This document shows, piece by piece, positions 45,301 through 59,422 of a DNA stretch of 64,000 bases (positions are counted from its first letter, which is position 1; each line of letters opens with the position of its first letter). The DNA comes from the human T2T-CHM13v2.0 reference genome, Homo sapiens. The stretch lies in the NCBI RefSeq assembly GCF_009914755.1, contig NC_060941.1; one strand, written 5' to 3'. Below the pieces are notes generated by a model, which was not told where the DNA came from, made no database searches, and worked only from the letters and a program-made list of their open reading frames with translations. Made by a program: the position numbers and the translations under genes.

Positions 45301-46989
45301 CAGTGGCTTTCTGCTCACACAAAAACTCACACAGGGGGTCAGGCTGAAGACTGCCCCCCTCGACCCTCCACAGAGAGATGGTCACCCACATACAACCCCT
45401 CTGGATCTGTGCCACCTTTTATTGGAAACAATTTCTCCCTTCTGCTTCACCACTTTGCCCCTTGGTTCTCAGTCAACCAATGCTCCGAACTCTCCTGCAC
45501 GCTGGAGGGGAGCAACCCCCAGCCAGCGCACCTGGGGCTCTGTGTCCACAGGCTCATGGGAAGTTGGAAGGTGAGGGGTAGTGGGAAGAAGACACGGGAG
45601 GGAAGGAAAGAGCTGTGCCCCATGCGCCAATAGGAAACATATTTCCTTTACTATTAAGTGTGTTATACTCAGAAGAGGGAGGAATGATCAAAATCAAAAT
45701 AAATAGCCAGCGGAAATAGGCAGCCCCTCCCTGGGAATGGTAATTACACAGGATGGAAGTTTATCCAAACACTGGAGAAAAAATGGTTCCTGTTGGAGGA
45801 CAGGGAAAGGAACGTTCCTTACTGGAAAGGAAATTTGTTTATGACATTTTATTTGCTCCTTATTTTTTAATGCGCTTCTGGCCCCATGTCCTGTAAACAG
45901 ACCAGCTTTTCCATTCTCTGGCAGTGCCAGGAGAGCCAAAGACCAAACAGGCGGAGGTGGTGCCAGGATCCTGGGCCACTCAGGTCCTACAATTACAAGA
46001 GCCGAGGCCCAGGCCAGGGGGTCTGGAAGGGGGCCTTGCTGGCCTCTGCAGTATGCAGGGAAGGGTGTGATTTGAAATCTAGGTGTGGAAACGGGGAGAA
46101 GGTTCTCTGCCTCCTGAGCTCCCCCGAGGCTTGGAATCAGCTCTCTCTCTGCCCCAGTAGAGGGAGAAACAGGAAGGGCTTCATGCACCCAATGTATATG
46201 TCTCATGAGTGTTTTGCAGGGTCTCTGCAGTCGGTAGGTGAAACTGACAGATTCTGGAGAGAACTTGGCCTTTAGGAAAACGCCTGACTGATGTTAAAGT
46301 CACGTGAGACTGATGTGGTGTGCATGGTGACCAGAAGGAGAGACCATTGAGTGCCAGTGTCTGCAGCTCAGCTCTGTCCCCAATCCCAAATAAAACCGCC
46401 ACGGCCAGCAAGAGTCAGCGACACCTTCCCACAGCCGGACAACAGAGACGCAATGGCAGAAGTTCACATTTGACGTTTCCTCTTCCCATCTGGGCATAGA
46501 GATCATCTGAGGCAGAGTTATGGCAGACGGGCCCTGATGGCGCCATGTTCAGAGTATAGAGAGAGCTCCGACGCCACACTGCTTGGGCGCTGTGCTCCTG
46601 GCTCCGCCCTAGGAGCTGCACCTGTAATATCTCGGCCAAACTTTGCAATCACCCAAGGAAGCAGTTTAAAGGAAGGAAACTGAGGCACAGAGGGGCTTAG
46701 TCACTCACTCAAGGTTACACGGCTAGGGGCTGGTGAAGAAGCTCAGGCCCAGGCACTCTGGGCCAGAGCTGTCGTCCTCCACCATGACTCCATCCTGCTT
46801 CCCTTTGAGAGCCAGTAAGCCTGGGCAGAAGTCCTCAACTCTCTGAGCCTGGTAGTAGAAAAGCACTAAGCCTGCACACCCAGGCCTGTGACAATGGGGC
46901 ATCCAGAAGGCCAGACCCACGGGCCTCAATGGCCACAACAGAGGCCAATAAGCTGCACCTCAGTAGCCCCACAGGGGGTTCAGTTTGCA

Positions 46990-47398
46990 TGGCAGGAGCT
47001 GCAAGTCCTCCCCAGCACTCCTGTTCTCCACCCCCTCCTTCCATGGAGTTGGACATTTCCCAGCTCTCTTGCATCCAAGTGGAGCCTTGGGATCAATTCC
47101 TGCCAATGGAAAGTGAGCAGAAGCGATGGGTGTTTCTTCCAGGCCAAGATGGTCAAACAGGTGCATGTCCTCTCACAGCACTTTCTCTGTGTTCACTGGT
47201 AGAAGAGGATGCCTCTGAAGGTAGTGATATCCTAAAACAGAGGGAACCTGGGTCCCTGAATTTCTGCATGAAAAAGAGCCTCCGGTCCCTACTATTGCTA
47301 AGTCACATTTAACTAATGTGTAAATGAGAAAAACTTGTCAAGTGAAGGAACTGATATATGGAGGTGTTTTGTTGCAGCGGCCTTTGGTGACTGATACA
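46990..47398 (+). mobile_element. Old MLT1 (I/J/K) LTR
   Basis: CATTTCCCAGCTCTCTTGCA...GCCAATGGAAAGTGAGCAGAAG...CTGGGTCCCTGAAT...GACTGATACA. Confidence 0.75.
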
Positions 47399-48037
47399 TA
47401 GAGAACCACAACACTGCCCTTAGGGACAGGGGCCTATGGGTGGTCTCTACAGCAAGTCAGTACACCTCCCTCAGCCCACAAAACAAGGTCTCTATCCTTC
47501 TCCCAAAGCCACTGCGAGATTCCAAGGAGAAGATTTACAAAGAGCTTGAAAACTGGAAAGTCCCATAAAACCACTGAACTTCATTATTTCCTGAATGGCC
47601 TGATCTTTCTTGGCTGAATGTTATATCATTTCTCTCATGTCTGAAGCCGTGCCTAGTGACTGTGGTTCACAGATGACAACCTCTTGGTCCAAACTCTTAT
47701 TTTATTGGTGTGTATGAATTAAGAATGGGGTGAGCTTTCAGTGTCTCTCGTCTCCCAAACAGGCAAAGCTTCTGCCCTACATGTCAGTTCTCTTCAATCC
47801 TCCTTTATCTGCTCCACACACCCCCATACCACCACCCCCACCCCCACCCCCACAAACCCCCAGGAGGAGAAATCAGGAGTCAAGGGAGACAGACTTTTCC
47901 TCCCAGGGCCTGCTTGCCCCTGAGTGGTGCCTTTTCTCCCTTGGCCTTTGGTCCTCAGGTGGTAAGACCTTGAACCTAGGTCCAGTTCTCATGGCAAGGG
48001 ATCTGCCTATTAACACCGAAGGTCTCTACCTGTGAGG

Positions 48038-48163
48038 TTGGATATTAATGGGCAGGTCCCTTTTGTTTTTTCTGTAGTTCTCCCTATTAGACAGAGTGAA
48101 ATTATTTGGATATTAATGGGAAGATCCTTTTTTTTTTAAGTTCTCCTTATTAGACAGGGTGAA
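48038..48163. repeat. Diverged tandem duplication, period ~68 bp
   Basis: TTGGATATTAATGGG...AGTTCTCC(C/T)TATTAGACAG(A/G)GTGAA at 48038 and 48106. Confidence 0.9.
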
Positions 48164-48246
48164 CGAAACCCTAGAAATTTTGATCTAAACTTTTGAACTG
48201 ATATTTTTATTTCCCACCCTAAAAATGAAACTAGCTCATGGGGTAA

Positions 48247-48632
<386 letters not shown>

Positions 48633-49161
48633 GGAAAACACTTTATTGATTACTCCTGAGCAAGCAAAAAAAAAAAAAAAAAGGCAAATTTGGTGGTACA
48701 CACAATAACAGGTTGGTAATAGGAAAAGTCAACTCAACATCATTTTTGTACATCCTACCATGTAAAAGCCATCATGCTGCAACTTCACAAGCTCTGAATT
48801 TCAGATTGTCCATGACCCTGGTTTTGAATCTCAAAGTTCACATAAAAGACTTGGTCAAAGCAATTGATTACTGTAAAGTCTTGTTTGCCGATGATTAAAT
48901 GAGAAGTATATGAAATGCCCATCACAGTGCTTCCCATGTGACCATGGACGTTTGGGAGCATTTCAACGATAAATTTCAATGAGTAAACAATGACTCAGTC
49001 CCTATTCTTATAAAAGAGAGAGAAAGAGAGTTGGGAGAGAAGAGGGTGCCAAAACAAGTCCATTGTAAGTGCAGTAAATGAGATACTAAAGTGCTATGGT
49101 CAAGGAAGGAAGACTGACATTTTTTTGAGTACCTATGTCAGAATATGTGAGGGAGAGGTCA

Positions 49162-49904
<743 letters not shown>

Positions 49905-52250
49905 TCACTGGGGTGGACCAGGAAATGGGCACTTAGGGTCTGGCATGGAGCAGTGTGTCCTGCTGTGCTGTACATGACAGTGGGTGGCTGTTAGCAAGCA
50001 CCACCCATGAGACCGTAGCACCCACAAACTGCAATGTTTTAGAATAGCCTGGATTACACTGTGGATGTTTAAAGCAAAGGATAAACAATGCTCCATCTAG
50101 TTTAGTTTCACTGCATCTCCTACTTGAAAACTGAATAGACTCGGTGGCCATCCAGCCCCTCTTGTCCCGATATTTCACTCCATGGTGAGTCACAAGCCCT
50201 GGTCAGACCCTAATGGACACAGCCCCACCTTGAACAGTTCCTCTTTCAGGCTGAAATCATCTGCTGGGTATGAAGACTCAGATGGGATAGGAAAGTTAAA
50301 ACTTAGAAATAGGCGTGCTCTGTTCTTTTCCAATGCTTGTCATTATGCTCATTTTCGTGAGGGACAAGGCCTTTGCCTTACACCTGGGACCTAACATTAA
50401 TAGTCCAGGAGAGAGGATGGAAGGGACCCAGGAGGACCACCTGCTGGAGTCACTACCCTGAGCCACCACATCCCGGGCATCGGCAATTCCTGGGCTGGCC
50501 AGAGCCCTGGGCATAGACAGTTCTACAAGCAGAACATGTTTTTCACCCTTGCCCTTCTCACCCCTCCAAAACCCAGACCTAAGTTACCGAAAAAGGCGGG
50601 ACATAGTGGGAAGGGGGCAGGTGAAAGAGGAAGAAAAGACGGAGATGGAAAACAATTAAAAAAAAAAAAAAAACTCCAACAGAACTCGATAACCCGAGGG
50701 CCCAGTGATCGGTGCCGCACGGCATACAAAAGCCAAAAGGCAGGTCCCAGGACGGGTCAACTTAAGACTTAATATTTGCCTTTCACTAAGCAAACTAATA
50801 AATCCCCTATGGTTTTAGCCACGCAGAGCTCCCAGTTTTTATTTATTGGTCAAAACGGCAGGCAGGGTTTCTTTTTTTTTCCCCTCCCAGCCACCCTGGG
50901 GGTAAATAGTGGTCCCCCTTCCACCCCTCCTGTCATCAGCCTGTATGTCTATTTACCTTCTCCCTCAACAAACTCATGTTCAGTGCAACTGACAATGCGT
51001 GCAAACAGCTTTGAAGTATTCTTTGGTAATGGACTTCCCGGACAGCCCTGTTTTTGACTTGCACAGCCAAAGGCAAAGGGAGAAAGGGCTACTGCTTGTC
51101 AGGAACCAGCTGGGCCAGGCAAGGCTGAGAACTTGATGCATGGCAGGAACCTCAGAGAATCGTCAAGACCAACCCCTGCCCCTTCTCTGTCCCTTTTATA
51201 GATGAGAAAACTGAGACCCAGAGAAAAGGCTAGAGTGACTCACATGTGACCCGGACTTAGTTGAAGCCAAGGGCAGGGCCGGTGATCAGGTTTCCAGACC
51301 CCTCAGTTTAGGGCTGTCTTCAGGCCTCCCTCCACCTGTTCTCCACCAGCCTGGCATATAAGGGTCTTATCCAAGGTCAGTGACCACTTCCAAGGTCACC
51401 TTGAAATCCTTTAAACTGCAGCCTCCTGAGCAGAGGGACTTGTTTCACCACGAGAACCTCCTATCTCTCCTGTCAACATGACTAATATTTTCCCACATGG
51501 GTTTCCAGGGCCGCTTGAAGAGGATCAAAGTTCTCCTGTGGATCAAGTTCCAATGCCATGGAAAATCTCACAGGCGAGGCTGAACAAAATTGGGGGGTGG
51601 GGGCGGTGTCGGGGAGCTAATTTGAAATAGTTATGTTCATAATGAAATTAAGGCAAGATGAAATCACTTTACATTGCACCTTGGACAATGTCTAACGTAC
51701 TATTCTAACATGAGACCTAAAACCCCAGCAAAACTTTAAGACATGGACTCCTAGAAGGCTGATAGCTTATCCATCAAATATGCCAGCATCGTGGATGTCA
51801 GAACTATTAATAGAAGAGGCTCCAGGGATCGTGTGGCCCAAACCCCTCATTTTATACGGAAGGAATTAAGATGATGAGGAGCTTTCTGAGACAAAAACTT
51901 AGGTCTCTCTGCCTCCCTGCACTGTGCTTTTTTTTTTTTTTTTAAACCAGAACAAACATGGGGAAGAGGGCAAAAAGCATTTAGCACAAAATCTCATTAA
52001 GAAATTGACATTCATGGCCACCTGATAGTGTATGAAACACTCTTTAAAATTCAACTGCTTCCCCATCAGGCTGGGTATCACTCAGCCTCTCTCATAGTCC
52101 TCTCTCCCCTGGGCTGAACGATCCCTTGCCTGATTTGAAAGGGGATTCCTGCATTAGTCAGAGATAAATCTAGAGAAGAGTGATGCTTTAGACCACTTCA
52201 GCCTCTCAGGTTCTGTGATTGCATATGGATAAGGAGATAAGAAAAGAGAG

Positions 52251-52581
<331 letters not shown>

Positions 52582-53818
52582 TCAGGACTTCTTTTGAAAC
52601 CAAAGAATGAAAGTAGAACATAAATGAAGGGATCATCTGAAATGCCTTCATCTTTTAAAAAAGAAAAATGGCACCCAAGGAGGTGGGTGAGCATCCCTCC
52701 AATGGTAGCGAAGGTAGTGAGAATCACTACAGGGGCAAACACCAAGGTGCATGATACGTCCATAAGTTCATCTCTACCCTAGCATGTAATTCCCTCCCTG
52801 TGGTCTTGCCATGCCAGATGAATGAAATTATCTGAAGGCCCCTGTTCCGGCACTGCAAACACTCATGCCTGTCTTTCAGCAGAGAAGATGGAGGTCAGAT
52901 GCCCTGACAAGCAGCAACAACTTCAGGACGCCACGTGATCCTGAAAACCTGGCTTTTTCTAGTCCACAAAAGACCCTGTAATTTGCGTTCAGGTTGTTCT
53001 TAAGACCAAAAAAGTTGGGCTGGTGCAACTATCCCTTACCCACTCCCCTCCCTACCCCCGCCCTGACTACCACCTCCAAATTCTGCTCCCTCATCCCAGA
53101 TAAAAGTCAGTGTCTAGAAAGGTAAGTATAAGCTGGGAGGCCCCACTCCACACTGAATTGAACTCAAAGGTTATCTAGGAGCCTTTAGAGAGAATGTACA
53201 TACTTAGCCCCAGTTTACACACCCTTGATATTTTAAAGGATTCTAGAGTTTAAAGGAATTTCAGGAAGTCCTCTAGCCAACTCCTTTGCTTCCCAGACAA
53301 CACCATCCCAAAGGTTTTAGTTCTTGATCTCTGTCTAGCAAAGATGCAGATTTGGAATCCTGGCTCATGATTCTACAGACAGCATGTGTATGCATGTGTG
53401 TGTGTGTGTGTGTGCTTGCACACATGTTACAGTCTCTCTTCCTCAGTTCCCAGTGGCTGTGTTAGTTTTGTTTCTTAATGAACTGTTTTGTTTTTCATGA
53501 GAAAGTTAGTTTCTCCTTTGTAAGTAAGGCTGTATTGGAGAGGAATCCCTGATACCTTGAAGGCCTGCCATGCCCACCATCCACAACACTCAGAAGGACA
53601 TGGTCTCAGTTGGTTCTTCATACAACCCTACCATCCTGGAAACAATTGATTTGGTCAGCATTGGTGCCTGATCCAATAGCATCCATCTGTGGCTGCCTGA
53701 AGGCCAACGAAGTAACCAGACGCAAAAGCTCTGAATGCAGATTGGCTAAACCAGTCAACAGCATCAGTCAGTTAATAGTAAGTAACAAAGTAGAGGCATG
53801 GTCGTTGAGTCACCCAGG

Positions 53819-53929
53819 AGGGTGACCAGTTTTCCCAGTTTGCCCAGGACTGTCCCAGGTTTAGCACTGAATGTCCTTCATCCCAAGAAACCCTTTAGTC
53901 CTGGGCAAACTGGGACCGTTGGTGACCTT
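53819..53929 (+). mobile_element. MER81 (hAT-Blackjack) MITE
   Basis: AGGGTGACCAG..CCCAGTTTGCCCAGGACTG ... GTCCTGGGCAAACTGGGAC..TTGGTGACC long inverted ends. Confidence 0.85.
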
Positions 53930-54421
53930 CAGCTCATCACGATGGCAGAATTCTAAAGTCAGGGGCAGCGAACCCTGCTGCTGAACAGAGGATCAAAACG
54001 ACCATGATGGTATTGCTCTTGTTATCTTTGAAAACCAACTAGTGCTTCTGCATCTGCTGAATGACCTTGGGCTTTTTGAAAAGGCTTAGCTAGGCAGTGG
54101 CTGGGACTATTTCCTGTCTACCTTACTGTGACTTTTGAATAAACCAGGATTTATGAAGGTAACGTAAGTGGATCTCTGTTCCTTGACACCTGTAGGAATC
54201 CAAGGAATACAATGCCTGTAACTGTGTGTCAAGAAAGGAAGGAAAAGGTGAAAACCCATCAACAATCTGTAAATTTCAATAGCTCTAAACATCTTCAAGA
54301 GGTTCTCCTCAATCATTTTGTGATGAATCTGAGATGTCCACAAGGACTCCACTGTTCTATTTAGAAGACACCAAATTCACTAAATGGTCATACAAGCACA
54401 GCAACTGCAACATACAAAAAC

Positions 54422-54427
54422 TTTAAT
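54422..54427 (-). terminator. Polyadenylation signal ATTAAA of the lncRNA terminal exon
   Basis: TTTAAT on +; downstream on - is GTTTTTGTATGTTGCAGTTGCTGTGCTTGT (GU-rich element). Confidence 0.7.
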
Positions 54428-55296
54428 TATTTTTGCAAAAAGAAAGCCAACTATTCGCCTTGGAAATAATAATGAAGTACAAATAGCTCTGACTCTGCAT
54501 TTGGACAAGGATGAACCATGATAGATATTTAGAAAGGGTTTTAAATCATGTGTATGTTGGCTACAGAGTAAAAGGAACAGAGAAGACTCAAGCTATTGTC
54601 AGGTGTGTATGTGTCATCAGCACACACTGGGGGAGGAGAGTCCTCACTAAGTGCCACAACCCCTGATAGCTGTCAGTCTCTCATGAAGCACCATGATCTG
54701 GCATGGACTCCCAAATGCCACTTGAGAGAAGGTCTTCACAGCAGACTGTGCATCTGTGTCACAAAACACGGCTGCAATGAACGACAGTGTTCATTTTTTG
54801 CCCTTCCAAATGTATTCTTGTGTATGATCGAAGCAAAGAAAGTTGAGGATGGAGAACACGAGCCTTCACCATCAGTTCTGCTGCTGAAGCCTTCTCCAAC
54901 AGCCCTAAGGTCCGAGAGCCTGATGAACTTCTGCACTGATCCGTGTATCATTCTGGAACTTGGTGGCCAGATCCCAAACAAATGAGAAGAGTTACTATTC
55001 CAAGGCTGCTTGCAACACACAAACACTGGCCTCTTTACACGGAGCAGGAACAAAAATTTAGATCCTATTTGACCTAAGTGTGGTTAACTATTCACTCTGT
55101 ATCCGGCTGGAAGATAATGGAGCAAACAAGAATTGCTGAGTACAAAGGCACAGCAGACATGGGAGGCGGGGGGCAAGAAAGGGTGTGGTAGAAAGCCCTT
55201 TGGTTCCCTGGGACAGGGAGGGGGAAGAGTCTCATGAGCAGTAGCAGCAGAGGAAACACTTTCCACAAGGAAGAAGGACAAGGTCTGTCATAATGA

Positions 55297-55809
<513 letters not shown>

Positions 55810-56649
55810 TGAGCCAGGTCCTTCCAAGGGGTCCAGGTGGCACGCGGGGGTTCTGCTAAACTTCCTGGTGGGAATGTGGATCAGTCCTTCCCATCCTGTA
55901 GACCAAAAAACAGCATGAGAATTAGATTCTAGCTTCTGCCCTTTCAGGGGCTAGCATCACATTACTGTCTTTGGTTTATAATGCTTTAGCTGTTGAACAG
56001 AACATATACTTCAAAAAGCAGTATTTTAGTTAAGTGTCGGGGGTGGGGGTGGGGGAAAGCCTATTTATACCTCTCAAGGAACTATCCATCCACTGAATCA
56101 TCACCAGGAACCCTCCTACACAAATCCCACTACGAAATCCAGAGCTGATTTTTTAAAATGCCACTGAGTGCAGCCAGTCCAGAGGAAGTGGAAAATTCTG
56201 TTTTTCAGCAGGTCACTATTATTTCTGTGATTTATGGGGCAGGGAGCATGGGGGTGGTAGATCACCCACTTTATAGTGGAAAGCCGAGGCACAGAGGGTG
56301 CCGGTGTTCTTGCTACAGAACAGCAGGGCTCTGGTCCCTAATCCTAATGTTTAGGATTTACTAGGAACTTCTCTCTGCTTCTGAAACACCCTTAACAATA
56401 AATTAGGAACTTACTCAGAGTGGATAGCTCAGAGGAAATGGTAAGACACCATTAAATATATTTATTTTTCCCTAATTCTGATAGCAAATAAATTAAGATG
56501 GAGTTGGACTCACGATACTTTCCTTGATGTTCACCCCTCAACATTACCTTCCATTACTGAGTAACAAATATATTGAATAGCACCAAATGCCTTCAGGAGA
56601 GTGCCCTATTTTAAAACTGATGAGTCTTAGCAGTGCAAGTCAGGGGCCT

Positions 56650-57028
56650 TGTATTAGTCTGTTTTCACACCAATATAAAGAAATACCTGAGACTGGGTAA
56701 TTTGCAAAGGAGAGAGGTTTAATTGACTCTCAGTTCCACATGGCTGGGGAGGCCTCAGGAAACTTACAATCGTGACGGAAGGCAAAGAGGAGGCAAGGAC
56801 CTTTCTCACATGGCGGTAGGAGAGAGAAGAGCAAGCAGGGGAAATGCCAGACACTTGTAAAATCATCAGATCTTGTAAGAACTCACTCACTATCATGAGA
56901 ACAGCATGGGGGAACCCGCCCCCATGATCCAATCACCTCCCACCAGATTCCTCCCTCCACGCCTGGGGATTATGGGGATTACAATTCAAGATGAGATTTG
57001 GGTGGGGATACAAAGCCAAACCATATCA
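56650..57028 (-). mobile_element. THE1C/D solo LTR
   Basis: TGTATTAGTCTGTTTTCAC ... AGCCAAACCATATCA; TSD GGCCT. Confidence 0.95.
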
Positions 57029-57496
57029 GGCCTATTCACAGATACAGATAACATAGGCCTTATGAAAGAGGCTGCCCTCTGGGTCTCTGATTCTAGCAAT
57101 CACTATCAATCCACAAGGAATACCTGGGCAACCACAAATCCATGCATTCACAAGTACCATATTGGATTAGATGCTGTGGATACAGGAATCAGCCAGACAG
57201 GCAAACCCCACCCTCACAGGCCATAATGGAGACATAACATGGATCAAAGGTTTCCTTAGGCAAGTATGGGGCCAGAGGACAGCAAGGCCTTGAGGGAAAT
57301 GCACGATGGATTCTGGGGGCATTTGGAAACCAACAGGCCCCCTTCTGTCCCTCAAAAGACCTGGGGGCCCCACTCAACCTGGTGCAAAGGAATTCTCCTT
57401 CATGAGGGCTCTAGCTGAGGCCTTGGTGGGGATGTGTGCAGTGGCCAGGAAACCCAGAGAGAAGGGCACCAGTGGCCAGAGATGAGATAATGACAC

Positions 57497-57512
57497 TGTG
57501 GTGTTATTTGAT

Positions 57513-57564
<52 letters not shown>

Positions 57565-58282
57565 TTTCGTCCTAAGTTCCTAGCTCATAACTCCCATAGC
57601 CCTTGTTACAGTCTTTTGCTATAATGTTGGGCCTCAGGAAACAGAATCCCTCTCCTGCCCTCCTTACACCTGCTCCAAGACAGGACTCTAATCTTCCCCA
57701 CCTTTCTGACTCATGAGACCCTCCCCAGAGAGGAATCTGCCCTATACCTTGGGGAAGGAATGCTGACGTCATGAAGCTTCCATGAAACCCCAAGAAGTCA
57801 GGGTTCTTCAGGGAGCTTCCAGATAGCTGGGCACATGGAAGTTCCTGGAGGGTGGAGCATCCAGGGAGGACAGGGAAGCCCAGTGCCCCTTCCCCCACAC
57901 CTCACCCTATGCATCTCTTCACCTGTATCCTTTGTAACAGCCTTTAGAATAAACCACTAAATGTGTTTCCCTGAGTTCTGTGAGCTGCTCCAGGAAATTA
58001 ATTGAACCCAAAGAGGGGAGTCATGGGAACCCCAACTTAAAGCTGGTCGGTGAGAAGTTCCAGAGGCCTGGACTGGCCACTGGTGTCTGGGGAGGAGGGG
58101 GCAGTCTTGGGTACTGAGTCCTCAACCCATGGGATCTGATGCTATCTCCAGGTAGATGGTATCAGAGTTGAATTGGTGTCAGGGAGAAACCTGCACACAT
58201 TCGGTCACCAATGTCTTCCGTGTTGACTGTTGTAGTGTGAGGGCAGAGGAAAAGCACGGTTGGAGAGAGTTTTCCCTACACA
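57497..58282 (+). mobile_element. MER21A-like LTR containing (AC)n at 57515-57561
   Basis: TGTGGTGTTAT...GAGCTTCCAGATAGCTG...AATAAACC...GTTTTCCCTACACA. Confidence 0.8.
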
Positions 58283-59422
58283 GTTACAATGAGAGCCCAG
58301 AGGGACTGACAAGAAGAAAAACGGTTCAAGACATTTCTCTGCAGATGAACTGGGACAGGAGAGTCTGCATTTTAGAGTCAACTAAAAAATAAAAGGATGA
58401 AAAATCAAAAAGGCAACCAATGTGCAGACACAGAAGTGCTTGTGTGCTCCAGGCAGCTCTCTGATTGGTGGCCAAGAAGGAAGCCAGGAGTCTTTGCCAC
58501 AGGTGTTGCCAGGGCCCTCTGGACACACCCTTTCATTTGGACCTGAAAACACCCCACACAAACCCAAAGTTTTGCTGACCTTCCTCTGGTTTCGTTTCTC
58601 CACCTGGTTAGTGGCCCTCTGAGCTGTCTCGGAGAGAGCCCTTTTCCCCTGGGAGATGCATGCAGCTCGCAAATTAATTGGCAACAGCCGGGTGAATCAC
58701 CCAGGGACTTCCTTCTTGTTGCCGGGCAACTGCATGCACTTGGCAGTGGGACATTAAACACAGAGGGGAATGCTGTGAGGCATTTGCAAAATAAAATAAA
58801 AAGCAAAACATACAACACCACAGACTCTCATCCCAGCAGGGCTGGCCCAGCCAAGGGATGTGTGGGGGGATGAGGGAATCCACACAAGGGAGGAAAATGA
58901 GGTTAGGCCATAAGCAGATCCTAACTCTCCCTCCTCCCCACAAATCAAACTCTTCTAGATATGGCATTTGTATTCCACTAAAGACACACCTCTATTAGCC
59001 TAGAGAAAGACCATAGGAGGAGCAGGAATTAGAAGGCATCTAGAGATCTGATCCCCTAGAATTACAGGGAAGCTTTGCAAAGCTCGCTACGGAACTACCA
59101 TAGCTACTGATTATGCTTCTCCATCGTACATCACTCCACAGGTTAAGTCACCTGACTGAGGTGACACAGGCCCCTCTAGGGCAGGATCCTTCCATACCCT
59201 CCCCTCCACCCCCAGTCCCTTTCCACTTGAATATTTTCATGTCTGTTGCTATGGCCACTGGGAGTTGATTAGACAAACCCTCCCAACACATCGCCTTGCC
59301 CTGTAGACCATGTTTCTGGCCTTTTTAAAAAAACCCCAGACAGAAGTGAAATCTATGTACATTCTGTGTTTGGAAAAAAAAGATGGGGACAAGAAATGGA
59401 AGAACAGTAGCAAGAGGGCTCC

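Noticed and set aside
50510-50545. p53/p63 or steroid-receptor element around AGAACATGTTT
   Set aside because: Only one correct half-site; spacing of the partner half-site is wrong.
54736-55053. 105-aa minus-strand ORF in the lncRNA exon as the reported micropeptide
   Set aside because: Starts at TTG with an in-frame stop ten codons upstream; the first ATG gives only ~71 aa; no recognisable homology.
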